Assembly (NCBI GenBank): GCA_023433775.1
Contig: JAEYTY010000151.1
Coordinates: 3,715-67,714 of the forward strand
DNA from: Pseudomonadota bacterium
GTDB taxonomy: Bacteria > Pseudomonadota > Alphaproteobacteria > Rhizobiales > Devosiaceae
Length of the DNA: 64,000 nt
Reading direction: 5' to 3'
This document shows positions 54,301 through 64,000 of this stretch, in pieces. Positions within the stretch are counted from its first letter, which is position 1. The number at the start of each line of letters is the position of its first letter. The notes under the pieces are model-generated. The model made no database searches. It was not told the origin of the DNA and saw only the letters and a list, made by a program, of their open reading frames with translations. Position numbers and translations under genes: made by a program.

Positions 54301-56588
54301 GGCACTGCTCCAGCAGCTTCATTGGCAGCAATAGCCGCCATGTTGACGATGCCGCGGCTGGTCACCGACGGCGCGAGAATATGCGCTGGCGCGCGGGTGC
54401 CCATCAGAATGGGGCCAACGGCCAGAGCGTTATTCATTTCCTTGAGCAGCGTCATCGACAGATTGGCTGCATCCAGGTCTGGGAAAATCAGCAGATTGGC
54501 TTCGCCGCGCAGGATCGTGTCCGGTACATAGCGTTCGCGCAGCTCGGGGTTGAGCGCCAAATCGCCCTGCATTTCTCCCTCGACGATCATGTCCGGCGCG
54601 ATCTGCTTGAGCTTGCCATAGGCCTCGCGCATCTTGAAGGCACTGTCGCCATCACGCGAACCGAAGTTTGAATAGCTCAGCAGCGCTACCCGCGCCTCGA
54701 TATTGAAGCGCTTGAGGTGGTCACGCGCCTGTAGAGCGATAGCGACAATCTCGTCCGCGCTCGGGTTCTGGTTGACATAGGTGTCGGCGAGGAAAAATGC
54801 GCCACGCGGCATGATCAGCATGGAGAGTGCCGAGACATCCGCAACCCCGTCCTGCAGGCCGATGATCGAACGGATATCGCGCACATGCTTGATATAGCGC
54901 CCCTGCAAACCGCAGATCAGCCCATCAGCGTCACCGCGCTTCACAGCAAGCGCAGCAATGACCGTCGTATTGGTGCGCACAATGGTGCGGGCCGTATCCG
55001 GCGTAACGCCATTGCGCCCGACCAGCGCCTGGAACTCCGACACATAGTCGCGATAGCGCGGATCATCCTCGGGATTGATCACCTCGAAATCAACACCGGC
55101 CCGCAGGCTGAGACCAAAGCGCTCAAGCCGCGCTTCGATCACCGCAGGGCGGCCAATAAGGATGGGCCGGGCAATGCGTTCCTCGAGAATGACCTGCGCA
55201 GCGCGCAGCACGCGTTCCTCTTCGCCATCGGCAAAAACGATACGCTTGCCCTGCCCCTGAGCCCGATCAATGATCGGTTTCATCACAAGGCCAGAGCGGA
55301 AGACGAAGCGATTAAGGCTGTCGAGATAGGCATCCCAGTCTTCGATCGGCTTTTTGGCGACGCCCGATTCCATCGCGGCCCGCGCCACGGCCGGAGCAAT
55401 GCGCAGGATCAGGCGCTGGTCGAAGGGATTGGGGATGATGTGCTCGGGCCCATAAACTGCCGGCGCGCCCGAGGGTGACACTTCCAGGCCCGGCTCATGG
55501 GCCAGCTTGGCAATGGCGCGCACCGCGGCCAGCTTCATCTCCTCATTGATCGTCGTAGCGTGTACATCAAGCGCCCCGCGGAAAATGAACGGGAAGCAGA
55601 GGACGTTGTTGACCTGGTTCGGATAATCCGAGCGTCCCGTGCAGACCATAGCGTCAGGCCGCACCTCCTTGGCCACTTCGGGCATGATTTCGGGATTCGG
55701 GTTGGCCAGCGCCAGGATCAGCGGCTTGGGCGCCATCTTGGCCAGCATTTCCGGTTTCAGCGCGCCGGCAGCCGAAAGCCCGAGGAAAATATCGGCGCCC
55801 TCAATGACTTCAGCCAGCGATGTCGCGTCACTGGTGCGGCGGAATTGGCCGCGCCACTTGTCGTTCACATCATTGCGCTTGTGCGTAACGAGGCCATCCT
55901 TGTCCGCCACCCAGATGTTTTCATGCTTGGCGCCCAGGGCAACGAGCACATTGAGGCAGGCAATGGCCGCGGCTCCTGCCCCTGACGTGCAGATTTTCAC
56001 CTCTTCGATCTTCTTGCCGGACAGCTCCAGCCCGTTGAGCACCGCCGCGCCCACGATAATAGCTGTGCCGTGCTGGTCATCATGGAACACCGGAATAGGC
56101 ATCCGCTCGCGCAGCGTTTCTTCGATCTCAAAGCAATCAGGCGCGCGGATATCTTCCAGATTGATCCCGCCAAAGGTAGGCCAGAGCGGCGCCACGGCGT
56201 TGATGAACTTTTCCGGATTGATCTCATCGATCTCGAGGTCAAACACATCGATACCGGCGAACTTCTTGAAGAGGACGGCCTTGCCTTCCATCACAGGCTT
56301 GCTGGCCAGAGCGCCGATATTGCCCAGGCCCAGCACAGCCGTGCCGTTGGAAATCACCGCCACCAGGTTTTGCCGGGACGTATACCTGGCCACTGAATCC
56401 GGGTTCTCGGCGATCTCTTCGCATGGGGCCGCCACGCCGGGCGAATAGGCCAGCGCCAGATCGCGCTGGTTGCCCAGCGGCTTTGTGGGCTGGATTTCGA
56501 GCTTGCCGGGCTTGGGGAACTCGTGGAAATGCAGCGCCGCATCCCGAAGGGCTTTGCGCTGTTCGTTCAGATCATTGGACACATTCAT
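54297..56588 (-). CDS. maeB: Malic enzyme with PTA-like C-terminal domain
   Basis: LAYSPGVA, KPVMEGK, INLEDI, FHDDQHGT, TGRSDYPNQVNN motifs plus PTA domain. Confidence 0.96.
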   Translation of the reverse strand: MNVSNDLNEQRKALRDAALHFHEFPKPGKLEIQPTKPLGNQRDLALAYSPGVAAPCEEIAENPDSVARYTSRQNLVAVISNGTAVLGLGNIGALASKPVMEGKAVLFKKFAGIDVFDLEIDEINPEKFINAVAPLWPTFGGINLEDIRAPDCFEIEETLRERMPIPVFHDDQHGTAIIVGAAVLNGLELSGKKIEEVKICTSGAGAAAIACLNVLVALGAKHENIWVADKDGLVTHKRNDVNDKWRGQFRRTSDATSLAEVIEGADIFLGLSAAGALKPEMLAKMAPKPLILALANPNPEIMPEVAKEVRPDAMVCTGRSDYPNQVNNVLCFPFIFRGALDVHATTINEEMKLAAVRAIAKLAHEPGLEVSPSGAPAVYGPEHIIPNPFDQRLILRIAPAVARAAMESGVAKKPIEDWDAYLDSLNRFVFRSGLVMKPIIDRAQGQGKRIVFADGEEERVLRAAQVILEERIARPILIGRPAVIEARLERFGLSLRAGVDFEVINPEDDPRYRDYVSEFQALVGRNGVTPDTARTIVRTNTTVIAALAVKRGDADGLICGLQGRYIKHVRDIRSIIGLQDGVADVSALSMLIMPRGAFFLADTYVNQNPSADEIVAIALQARDHLKRFNIEARVALLSYSNFGSRDGDSAFKMREAYGKLKQIAPDMIVEGEMQGDLALNPELRERYVPDTILRGEANLLIFPDLDAANLSMTLLKEMNNALAVGPILMGTRAPAHILAPSVTSRGIVNMAAIAANEAAGAVP

Positions 56589-56686
56589 GCTCCCGGCAGG
56601 CCAGATGGCCGCGTAGGTGCCACCAATCTCCGGCGATGAAAAGGGGTGAAGCGACGTTACCGCAACGGGTCACCGCGAAAATCCTG

Positions 56687-58345
56687 TCAAGCGGCAGAAG
56701 CGACGTCACCCTCGTCCGGCGCGACAGGCGCTTCAGCGACCTCTTCGATTGGTTCCGCTGCCGGCATGGGCGAGCCTTCGTGAAGCGCCAGCGCCAGATT
56801 TTTAAACGCGCCAACCTTAAGCGCGGGAGCAAAAATATAGCCCTGCGCCTGGATGACACCCCGCGAGCGCAGATAGATTGCCTGCTCCTCGCGCTCCACG
56901 CCTTCGGCGACGATCTCGCAATTAAGGTCCATGCCCATGGCAATGAGACCATCAAGCACTGGCACTTGCGTTACACCGGGCTTGATCATGTCCACGAAAA
57001 TGCGGTCAATCTTGATCACATCGACACCCAGCGTTGCGAGATAGGCAAGGTTGGAATGCCCGGTTCCCGCATCATCCAGTGCCAGTTTGGCCCCCAGCGC
57101 GTGCAGGCCCGCGATCACGTTGGCCGTGGCCATGGAATTTCCCAGCGGCCGACGCTCGGTAATTTCGAACACCAATTGGCGGAAACTGATCGGAGAATCG
57201 CCGAAAATAGCCTGCACGTCCTCCACGATGCCGACATCGCGGAAGTGCCCCTCGAACAGATTGATCGAGATTTTCATCTCCGGCATCGTTACGCAGAGAT
57301 CGCCCAGATCCTGCCGCACCTGCTGCATGAGCGAGAGCGTCATGGGCATGGCGAGCCCGGTAACCTCGGCATAATCGATGAAAGCGCCGGGTGGAATAAC
57401 TTCGCCATTACGTTTTTCCCAGCGGCACAACACTTCGCAACCGACCAGTGCACCGGTGCGCAGATTGATGACAGGCTGGTAATAGGGCTTGATTTCCGAC
57501 CGCGCGATGGCGCGCTCCAGATCAAACGCCGGCACGCGTGAGCGGCGCACATAGTTGAGGCTGAAGAGCAGGAAAGCGCCGCTTCCCAGGCAGGCGATGA
57601 CGGTAAAGATCATGTCGAGATCGGCATAACCGGCCCTGACCATGGCAAAGGGAATGGCATATTCCACCTTGATGGGCAGTTCGCCGGCATAGCTCTGCGC
57701 CATGATATAGTCCGCATTGCTGGTGCGCCGCTCAAATCCGGCAGTGTCCCCGATGCTGACAATCGGTAGGCCATTGGTCAGCGTAATCCGCAGCGTCGAA
57801 GCGCCGGGCAAGGTGTCCGACAGAGCATTCTGTGTCTGACCCATCAGCGGCACAAAGGTCGATATGCGCCTAGTGTCGCCAAAGACCCGTGTGATCTTAA
57901 GCGCGGGCATTTCCATTTCGCCCAGCTTCACCACGGTGATGGATTCGCTCAAGCCCGGCACAGGCATGGGCTGCGAGAGCGGCGAATAGGCGACAATACG
58001 GCCATTGGCGTCGCAATATTGCACGCCATCCATATTCTCAACGAGCACCTGCTTAAGGTTGAGACTCGCCTCAATGATGGATTGGGCATTGGCTACAAAG
58101 GTGGGCGTACAAAGCGACGGGCTTGACGCAACAATTTTACCGAGCGCTTCCACACCATCCATAGCACTTGCATTGATGTGTGAACTTATCACATCAACAT
58201 ATTGTTCTGCCGCAGTTTTTTCGCGAATTTTGACATGCGTGTCGAGCAGATAATCGACAGCAATAATGGGCACGAACGCTAGAATGGCTCCGATGAGCAT
58301 CAAGATATGAGAATACTTGGACTTCACCAGGCGAATCCGCGCCAA
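56687..58345 (-). CDS. Membrane-anchored EAL-domain c-di-GMP phosphodiesterase
   Basis: Two TMs around a Cys-containing periplasmic domain; YQP, EVLCRW, EITER, LDDAGTGHS, IKID, AEGVE. Confidence 0.9.
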   Translation of the reverse strand: MARIRLVKSKYSHILMLIGAILAFVPIIAVDYLLDTHVKIREKTAAEQYVDVISSHINASAMDGVEALGKIVASSPSLCTPTFVANAQSIIEASLNLKQVLVENMDGVQYCDANGRIVAYSPLSQPMPVPGLSESITVVKLGEMEMPALKITRVFGDTRRISTFVPLMGQTQNALSDTLPGASTLRITLTNGLPIVSIGDTAGFERRTSNADYIMAQSYAGELPIKVEYAIPFAMVRAGYADLDMIFTVIACLGSGAFLLFSLNYVRRSRVPAFDLERAIARSEIKPYYQPVINLRTGALVGCEVLCRWEKRNGEVIPPGAFIDYAEVTGLAMPMTLSLMQQVRQDLGDLCVTMPEMKISINLFEGHFRDVGIVEDVQAIFGDSPISFRQLVFEITERRPLGNSMATANVIAGLHALGAKLALDDAGTGHSNLAYLATLGVDVIKIDRIFVDMIKPGVTQVPVLDGLIAMGMDLNCEIVAEGVEREEQAIYLRSRGVIQAQGYIFAPALKVGAFKNLALALHEGSPMPAAEPIEEVAEAPVAPDEGDVASAA

Positions 58346-58377
58346 AGAAACATGGCATCTGGATAGCGCCGCACGAC

Positions 58378-58403
58378 TTAACGGGTCGTTAATGCTGGTT
58401 AAC
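58378..58403. promoter_or_regulatory. Candidate CtrA box upstream of the EAL gene
   Basis: TTAA-CGGGTCG-TTAA (58378-58392) plus a further TTAAC half-site; CtrA consensus is TTAA-N7-TTAAC. Confidence 0.5.
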
Positions 58404-58475
58404 CAGTTCTAACCGCCGCCCAGTCAAAAGGGCGAACCTTACGGCCCGCCCCCTTTGAATTTTGTGCCGTCCAGC

Positions 58476-60266
58476 TCAGCTCTGGACGTTGAGGCGGATG
58501 CTCAATTCGCGCAATTGCTTTGGTGCGGCAGGGCTTGGCGCGCCCATCAGCAGGTCTTCAGCCTGTTGGTTCATTGGGAAAGCGGTAATCTCGCGCAGGT
58601 TCTGCACGCCGCAGAGCAGCATCACCACGCGGTCGATACCGAAGGCTGCGCCACCATGCGGCGGCGCACCAAACTGGAACGCGCGATAGAGGCCACCAAA
58701 CTGTTCTTCGACCTCGGCGCGGCTCTTGCCGGTCAGCTCGAACGCCTTGACCATGGTTTCAGGCTCCTGATTTCGAATGGAACCGGAAGCAATCTCATAG
58801 CCATTGCAGACCGCGTCATACTGATAAGCCTTGAGCGTAAGCGGGTCTGCCGAATTTAGCGCCTCGATGCCGCCCTGCGGCATGGAGTAGGGGTTATGGG
58901 CAAAGTCGACGCGCTTTTCTTCCTCGCTCCATTCGTAGAACGGGAAGTCGACGATCCAGCACAGCGCAAACTGCTCTGTATCGACCAAACCGAGATCAGT
59001 ACCGACCTTGGTGCGCGCATCGCCGGCAAAGCGATAGAACTTTTCCGGGCGACCGCAGACAAAGAACACCGCATCGCCGTCGTCGAGCCCGAGCTGGCTC
59101 TTGAGGGCTGCTGTACGCTCTTCGCCAATATTCTTGGCAATGGGGCCGCTGCCCTGCCCTTCCTTGAAGAAAATATAGCCAAGACCCGGCTGGCCTTCGC
59201 CCTGCGCCCAGGCATTCATGCGATCACAGAATGCCCGGCCGATCGGCTCGGCACCGGCCTTGTTCTTGGCCGGGATGGCCCAGACTTCAACCTTGTCGTC
59301 TGCCTCGATCTGGTTGGCGAAAACCTTGAAGCCCGAACCGGCAAAGTGCTCGGTCACGGCCTGCATCTCGATGGGATTACGCAGGTCCGGCTTGTCCGAC
59401 CCATATTTGCGGATCGCCGTATCATAGGGAATACGCGGCCATTGCTTGGTTACGCGCTTGCCGCCAGCAAATTGCTCGAACACCGAGGTCATGACCGGCT
59501 CAACCGTGTTCCACACGTCTTCCTGCGTCACAAAGCTCATTTCGAGGTCGAGCTGATAGAATTCACCCGGCAGGCGGTCGGCGCGCGGATCCTCGTCGCG
59601 GAAGCAAGGCGCCACCTGGAAATAGCGGTCAAAACCGGCCACCATCAGCAATTGCTTGTATTGCTGGGGCGCCTGCGGCAGCGCGAAGAATTTTCCAGGA
59701 TGAATGCGGCTGGGCACCAGGAAGTCGCGCGCGCCTTCCGGCGACGACGCTGTCAGGATCGGCGTCGAATATTCACCAAATCCGGCCTCGGTCATGCCAT
59801 TGCGCATGGCCGCGATGATCTTGGTGCGCTTGACGATATTGGCGTGTAGCTTTTCGCGGCGCAGATCGAGGAAGCGATAGCGCAGGCGAATATCTTCGGG
59901 ATATTCGGCGTCGCCGAAGACCGGCAAGGGCAGTTCCTTGGCCGCGGACAACACTTCGATCTCACGGATGAAAACTTCTACCGTGCCGGTGGGCAGGTTC
60001 GGGTTAACCGCGGCGGGATCGCGCAGCTTCACCTCGCCATCGATGCGGATAACCCATTCCGACCGCACTTTCTCCACCGAGCTGAACGCCGCAGAATCAG
60101 GGTCAACAACACACTGGGTGACGCCATAATGGTCGCGCAGGTCGATGAACAGCAGGCCGCCATGGTCGCGGATTCGGTTTACCCAGCCGCTGAGCCGAAC
60201 CGTATTGCCGGCATCGGCCGCCGTCAGGGCGCCACAAGTGTGCGAGCGATAGCGATGTGTGGTCAT
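58476..60266 (-). CDS. aspS: Aspartate-tRNA ligase
   Basis: YRSHTCG, RDHGGL.FIDLRD, PEGARDF, CFRDED.RADR, PPHGG motifs. Confidence 0.98.
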   Translation of the reverse strand: MTTHRYRSHTCGALTAADAGNTVRLSGWVNRIRDHGGLLFIDLRDHYGVTQCVVDPDSAAFSSVEKVRSEWVIRIDGEVKLRDPAAVNPNLPTGTVEVFIREIEVLSAAKELPLPVFGDAEYPEDIRLRYRFLDLRREKLHANIVKRTKIIAAMRNGMTEAGFGEYSTPILTASSPEGARDFLVPSRIHPGKFFALPQAPQQYKQLLMVAGFDRYFQVAPCFRDEDPRADRLPGEFYQLDLEMSFVTQEDVWNTVEPVMTSVFEQFAGGKRVTKQWPRIPYDTAIRKYGSDKPDLRNPIEMQAVTEHFAGSGFKVFANQIEADDKVEVWAIPAKNKAGAEPIGRAFCDRMNAWAQGEGQPGLGYIFFKEGQGSGPIAKNIGEERTAALKSQLGLDDGDAVFFVCGRPEKFYRFAGDARTKVGTDLGLVDTEQFALCWIVDFPFYEWSEEEKRVDFAHNPYSMPQGGIEALNSADPLTLKAYQYDAVCNGYEIASGSIRNQEPETMVKAFELTGKSRAEVEEQFGGLYRAFQFGAPPHGGAAFGIDRVVMLLCGVQNLREITAFPMNQQAEDLLMGAPSPAAPKQLRELSIRLNVQS

Positions 60267-60449
60267 TTGGGGAACTCAAATAGCAGAAAAAGGGCCGGAT
60301 TCTCGGGCGGGAAAAGCGCATGGCCGTCCCCGCTTGTCAAGCTTTCGGGCCATTGCGCGCCGGGCGGCTGGAACGATCGAAATCGATGGTGGAGCTAAGG
60401 GCGCGCACCTGCTAGGTATAATGTTGACGATTTTGAGACGGTAGCCCGG

Positions 60450-61619
60450 ATGGACCTGATAGTTTCCACAGACGTGCTCGCCGCATTCTGCGAGCGCGCT
60501 GCTAAATTTGACTTCGTGACGGTCGATACAGAATTCCTGCGCGAAACGACTTACTGGCCGAAGCTTTGCCTCATTCAGGCTGCCACCAATGACGAAGCGG
60601 TTCTGATCGATCCGCTGGCCGATGGCATAAGTCTGGCGCCCTTCTTTGCGCTGCTGGCCAATCCGGACGTCATCAAGGTGTTTCATGCCGCCCGGCAGGA
60701 CATCGAAATTTTCGTCAAACTCTCGGGTTCCGTCCCCAACAATATCTTCGATACCCAGATTGCCGCCAGCGTCTGCGGCTTTGGCGACAGCGCCTCCTAT
60801 GACAGTCTTGTGCGCGCCATCTGCAAGGTTGAACTGGACAAGTCTTCCCGCTTTACCGACTGGTCGGCCCGCCCGCTTAGTGAAAAGCAGCGTCTCTATG
60901 CCCTGGCCGACGTAACCTGGCTGCGCGATATCTATCGCGAATTGCGCAAGCAGGTGGCAGCCACGCGTCGTGGCGACTGGGTCGAGGACGAACTGACCAC
61001 GCTGCGCAGCATCGACACATATGTCGTCCAGCCCAAGCAGGCCTGGGAACGGCTGAAAATGAAGATCAACCGCCCCCGCGATCTGGCGGCGCTGAAAGTG
61101 CTTGCCGAATGGCGTGAGCGCCGCGCGCAGGAAACCGATCAGCCACGCAGCCGCGTCCTTAAGGATGACGTGCTGTTTGAACTGGCCATGCAGCGCCCGC
61201 AATCGCCAGAGGCCTTTGATAAACTTCGCGCTGTGCCGCGCGGCTTTGGCCGCAGCAACGCCGCCAGCGAGATCATTGCCCTGCTCAAGCAGGTCGAGGA
61301 ACTGACCAAGAGCGATCTCCCGGTCATGCCTGAGCGCTACCGGGGCCCCTCACCCAAAGGTGCAGTGGGTGATCTCATCCGCGTCCTGCTCAAGGCCGTG
61401 GCCGAACAGCATGGTGTGGCCGCCCGCATTCTGGCGACATCCGATGATATCGATGCGCTGGTGCTGGATGACGAGGCCGACGTGCCGGCGCTCAAGGGCT
61501 GGCGCCGCAAATTGTTTGGCGAGAAGGCTTTGGCCATCAAGCATGGCCGAATTGGTCTCGTCGCCACACCCAAGGGCATTGTCGAATTTTCTGTCGGAGA
61601 GCGCGAGGCCGCCGAATAG
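60450..61619 (+). CDS. rnd: Ribonuclease D
   Basis: VDTEFLRETTYWP, FHAARQD, FDTQIAA, DWSARPL, YALADV, HRDC domain, GWRR. Confidence 0.97.
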   Translation: MDLIVSTDVLAAFCERAAKFDFVTVDTEFLRETTYWPKLCLIQAATNDEAVLIDPLADGISLAPFFALLANPDVIKVFHAARQDIEIFVKLSGSVPNNIFDTQIAASVCGFGDSASYDSLVRAICKVELDKSSRFTDWSARPLSEKQRLYALADVTWLRDIYRELRKQVAATRRGDWVEDELTTLRSIDTYVVQPKQAWERLKMKINRPRDLAALKVLAEWRERRAQETDQPRSRVLKDDVLFELAMQRPQSPEAFDKLRAVPRGFGRSNAASEIIALLKQVEELTKSDLPVMPERYRGPSPKGAVGDLIRVLLKAVAEQHGVAARILATSDDIDALVLDDEADVPALKGWRRKLFGEKALAIKHGRIGLVATPKGIVEFSVGEREAAE

Positions 61620-63155
61620 TCAGCCTATGCGCACCAGCGATTCGGCATGGCCCGCCACAGAGGCAAACTGTGCCAGTCGATTGCGAAGATGTTCGCCGTT
61701 CAGAAATGCCAGATCTTTTGGCAGCAGCAGCTCCAGCACATCGCCATTCATGACGAAACGCGTCCGCGGCAAAATACCGGGCATGGCCGCCGTCATGGGG
61801 TAAGCGACCCTGAACAATGCCCCGAGCAACCGCGCCCGCGCAATTGCTTCGTCGGTGCACAGCATGGACAGCCCATTGGCCGTCTTGCTCTTGATGCCGT
61901 CATACCGAACCGCAATCGTTTGAGCGAGAAAAGCGCGGCCAGCATGATCAATGCCGGTCAGTGAGCCATAGGCGACCGCATCCACGCTTTGAACGGCGCG
62001 ATAGTCCGGGTGGGTCCGCCAGCCGATATCGGCTAGAAGACAGGCCACCATGCGCAAACGGCGCTGGTCCGGGGTTTCCGACGCTTCTGCCACTTCGAAA
62101 TATTGGCTGGAGAAGTCAACGAGGTCGCCCGCATGGGCAGGCGAACGCGAGCGCAGCACGGAGAGCTCTTCGGCGCCCTGGATGAGCGGGTCGAGGTCGG
62201 CCTCGCGCCCATCCAGCAGTCCGAACAAGAAGCCTTCGCGCACGCCGAGGGCTGAGAACACGACGCTCTCAAACTTGCCGGCTTTCAGCACCTCCGCCAT
62301 CACCGCGGCACCAAAGGGCACGAGTTCGCGCCGCGAATTGCTGACGCCGCCGGAGCCCGGATAGGATTTAAGCGATCCTGCTTCGACAATGGTGCCGCAG
62401 AACTCGATCATGTCGCGCGCCGAAACCACATAATCCTGCACCATGTGCAGCGGGTAGTTGGCCACCGTCTGGTGTAGCTTGGCCAGAGACCGCCATGTGC
62501 CGCCAATGGCCGCGAAGCGGCCGCCGGGCGCCAGGTCCACCAATTGGGATTGTGAAAGCCGCGCGCGGACCAGTTCTGCCGCCTTCTGCGGCGAGCCATC
62601 TGAATCGTCCTGCAGCCTGATCACACCAAGCTCAAAGGACTGCCCATTGGAGTCGGCGCCATCGTCAATCGACGACAATTCGAGGCTGCCGCCGCCCAGA
62701 TCGCCTACTGTACCCACGAAGCCGGGAATGCCGGCAACGACGCCGAGCGCCGCGAAATGGGCCTCTGCCTCGCCGCTCAAAACCTCGACTTGCGTATCCA
62801 TAATGGCTTCGACGGCCGATACGAACTCGTCCCGGTTCACCGCGTCCCGAACCGCCGAGGTGGCGAGAACATGGATTTTGCCGACCCGCATCATGCGGGC
62901 AACCAGCGCAAAGCGCTTCATCGCATCAAGCGCGCTGGCCATATTGGCGTCAGCCAACCTGCCGGATTGCGCCATGCCGCGCCCCAAGGCACAGGCCGAT
63001 TTTTCGTTGTAGAGCGGGGTCAGCGCGCGCGCATGGCGCTCATAAACCACCAGACGCACGGAGTTGGAACCAATGTCGAGCACGGCAACGGGCCGGGCGC
63101 CCTTGATGCGCCCCTGCGCCGTCGGATCGGCATCGACCCCCCAGAACTGTGTCAA
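61620..63155 (-). CDS. ppx: Ppx/GppA exopolyphosphatase
   Basis: [31 protein letters not shown] motifs; follows ppk. Confidence 0.95.
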   Translation of the reverse strand: MTQFWGVDADPTAQGRIKGARPVAVLDIGSNSVRLVVYERHARALTPLYNEKSACALGRGMAQSGRLADANMASALDAMKRFALVARMMRVGKIHVLATSAVRDAVNRDEFVSAVEAIMDTQVEVLSGEAEAHFAALGVVAGIPGFVGTVGDLGGGSLELSSIDDGADSNGQSFELGVIRLQDDSDGSPQKAAELVRARLSQSQLVDLAPGGRFAAIGGTWRSLAKLHQTVANYPLHMVQDYVVSARDMIEFCGTIVEAGSLKSYPGSGGVSNSRRELVPFGAAVMAEVLKAGKFESVVFSALGVREGFLFGLLDGREADLDPLIQGAEELSVLRSRSPAHAGDLVDFSSQYFEVAEASETPDQRRLRMVACLLADIGWRTHPDYRAVQSVDAVAYGSLTGIDHAGRAFLAQTIAVRYDGIKSKTANGLSMLCTDEAIARARLLGALFRVAYPMTAAMPGILPRTRFVMNGDVLELLLPKDLAFLNGEHLRNRLAQFASVAGHAESLVRIG

Positions 63156-64000
63156 TCTGCGGCCTCGTCACCATCAGCTCCGGCACTGCCGCGGCCGGAA
63201 AGCGATGGATTGGTCATGAAATAGTCGTGGGCATTGAATGGCTCTTCGCCCTCGGCCAACCGAATACGATGCGAGCTGCCATCTGGCAACACTTCCCAGC
63301 TCTGCTGATTGTCCTTGAGATAGGCAACCAGGATCTGGTCAAGGATCTGTTTGTGCACTGTCCTGTTGAGGATTGGCACCATTACTTCGACCCGGCCGTC
63401 GAGATTGCGGCCCATGAGATCGGCCGATGAAATATAGACCTTCGCCCGTGGTGACGGCATGGTCTCGCCATTGCCGAAACAATAGATGCGGCTGTGCTCG
63501 AGGAAGCGTCCCACCACCGACTTCACCCTTATATTGTCGGAGAACCCTGGAATTCCGGGCCGCAGGCAGCAGATGCCCCGAACAATCAGATCGACACGCA
63601 CGCCCGCCTGGCTCGCATCATAGAGCGCGTCGATGACTTGGGGATCGACCAGCGAGTTCATCTTCAGGAGGATATGAGCCGGCCGACCGTCCCGCGCCGC
63701 CTCGATCTCGCGGCTGATATTGTCGACCAGTGTCTCCCGCAAATTGACGGGCGAAACCGCTATGGTTTCCAGTTCCGTCGGCCTTGCATAACCCGTTATG
63801 AAATTGAACACCCGGGCCACGTCCCGCGTGATGGCGGGGTCGACGGTGAAATAGCTCAGATCGGTATAAATCTTGGCCGTTATCGGGTGATAATTGCCCG
63901 TGCCGATATGGCAATAGCTGACCAGCTTGCCCTTTTCGCGGCGCACCACTTGGCTAAGCTTGGCGTGCGTCTTGAGTTCGATGAACCCGAACACAACCTG
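63152..64000 (-). CDS. ppk: Polyphosphate kinase 1, 3' part (truncated by window edge)
   Basis: [43 protein letters not shown] motifs. Confidence 0.96.
   Translation of the reverse strand, partial: QVVFGFIELKTHAKLSQVVRREKGKLVSYCHIGTGNYHPITAKIYTDLSYFTVDPAITRDVARVFNFITGYARPTELETIAVSPVNLRETLVDNISREIEAARDGRPAHILLKMNSLVDPQVIDALYDASQAGVRVDLIVRGICCLRPGIPGFSDNIRVKSVVGRFLEHSRIYCFGNGETMPSPRAKVYISSADLMGRNLDGRVEVMVPILNRTVHKQILDQILVAYLKDNQQSWEVLPDGSSHRIRLAEGEEPFNAHDYFMTNPSLSGRGSAGADGDEAAD

Overview
Alphaproteobacterial chromosome segment (Hyphomicrobiales, Devosia-like by gene order and protein style; inference) spanning the replication terminus. Most of it is core genome: tpiA-secG-pyrG, eno, amn, folD, metH, rlpA-dac-tmk-holB-metG-tatD, mazG, hflX-hfq, ntrYX, dusB-ntrBC, ispDF, lipA, the pdh cluster, maeB, aspS, rnd, ppx and partial ppk. 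The standout is an intact 9,431-bp Tn7-like transposon (23358-32788) with TGTCG...CGACA ends, repeated TnsB-type sites and a perfect 5-bp CCGGC target-site duplication. It sits 27 bp from a 28-bp dif-like site (23298-23325), where KOPS motifs (GGGNAGGG) switch strand. The element has tnsA-tnsB-tnsC and a short tniQ but no cas genes, CRISPR array, long TnsD or TnsE. Directly upstream of tnsA it encodes an XerC-like protein that has lost most catalytic residues, including the nucleophilic Tyr. Working hypothesis: a dif-targeting Tn7-like system that uses a catalytically dead XerC as target selector. All calls come from reading the sequence and motifs by eye; no database searches were run.
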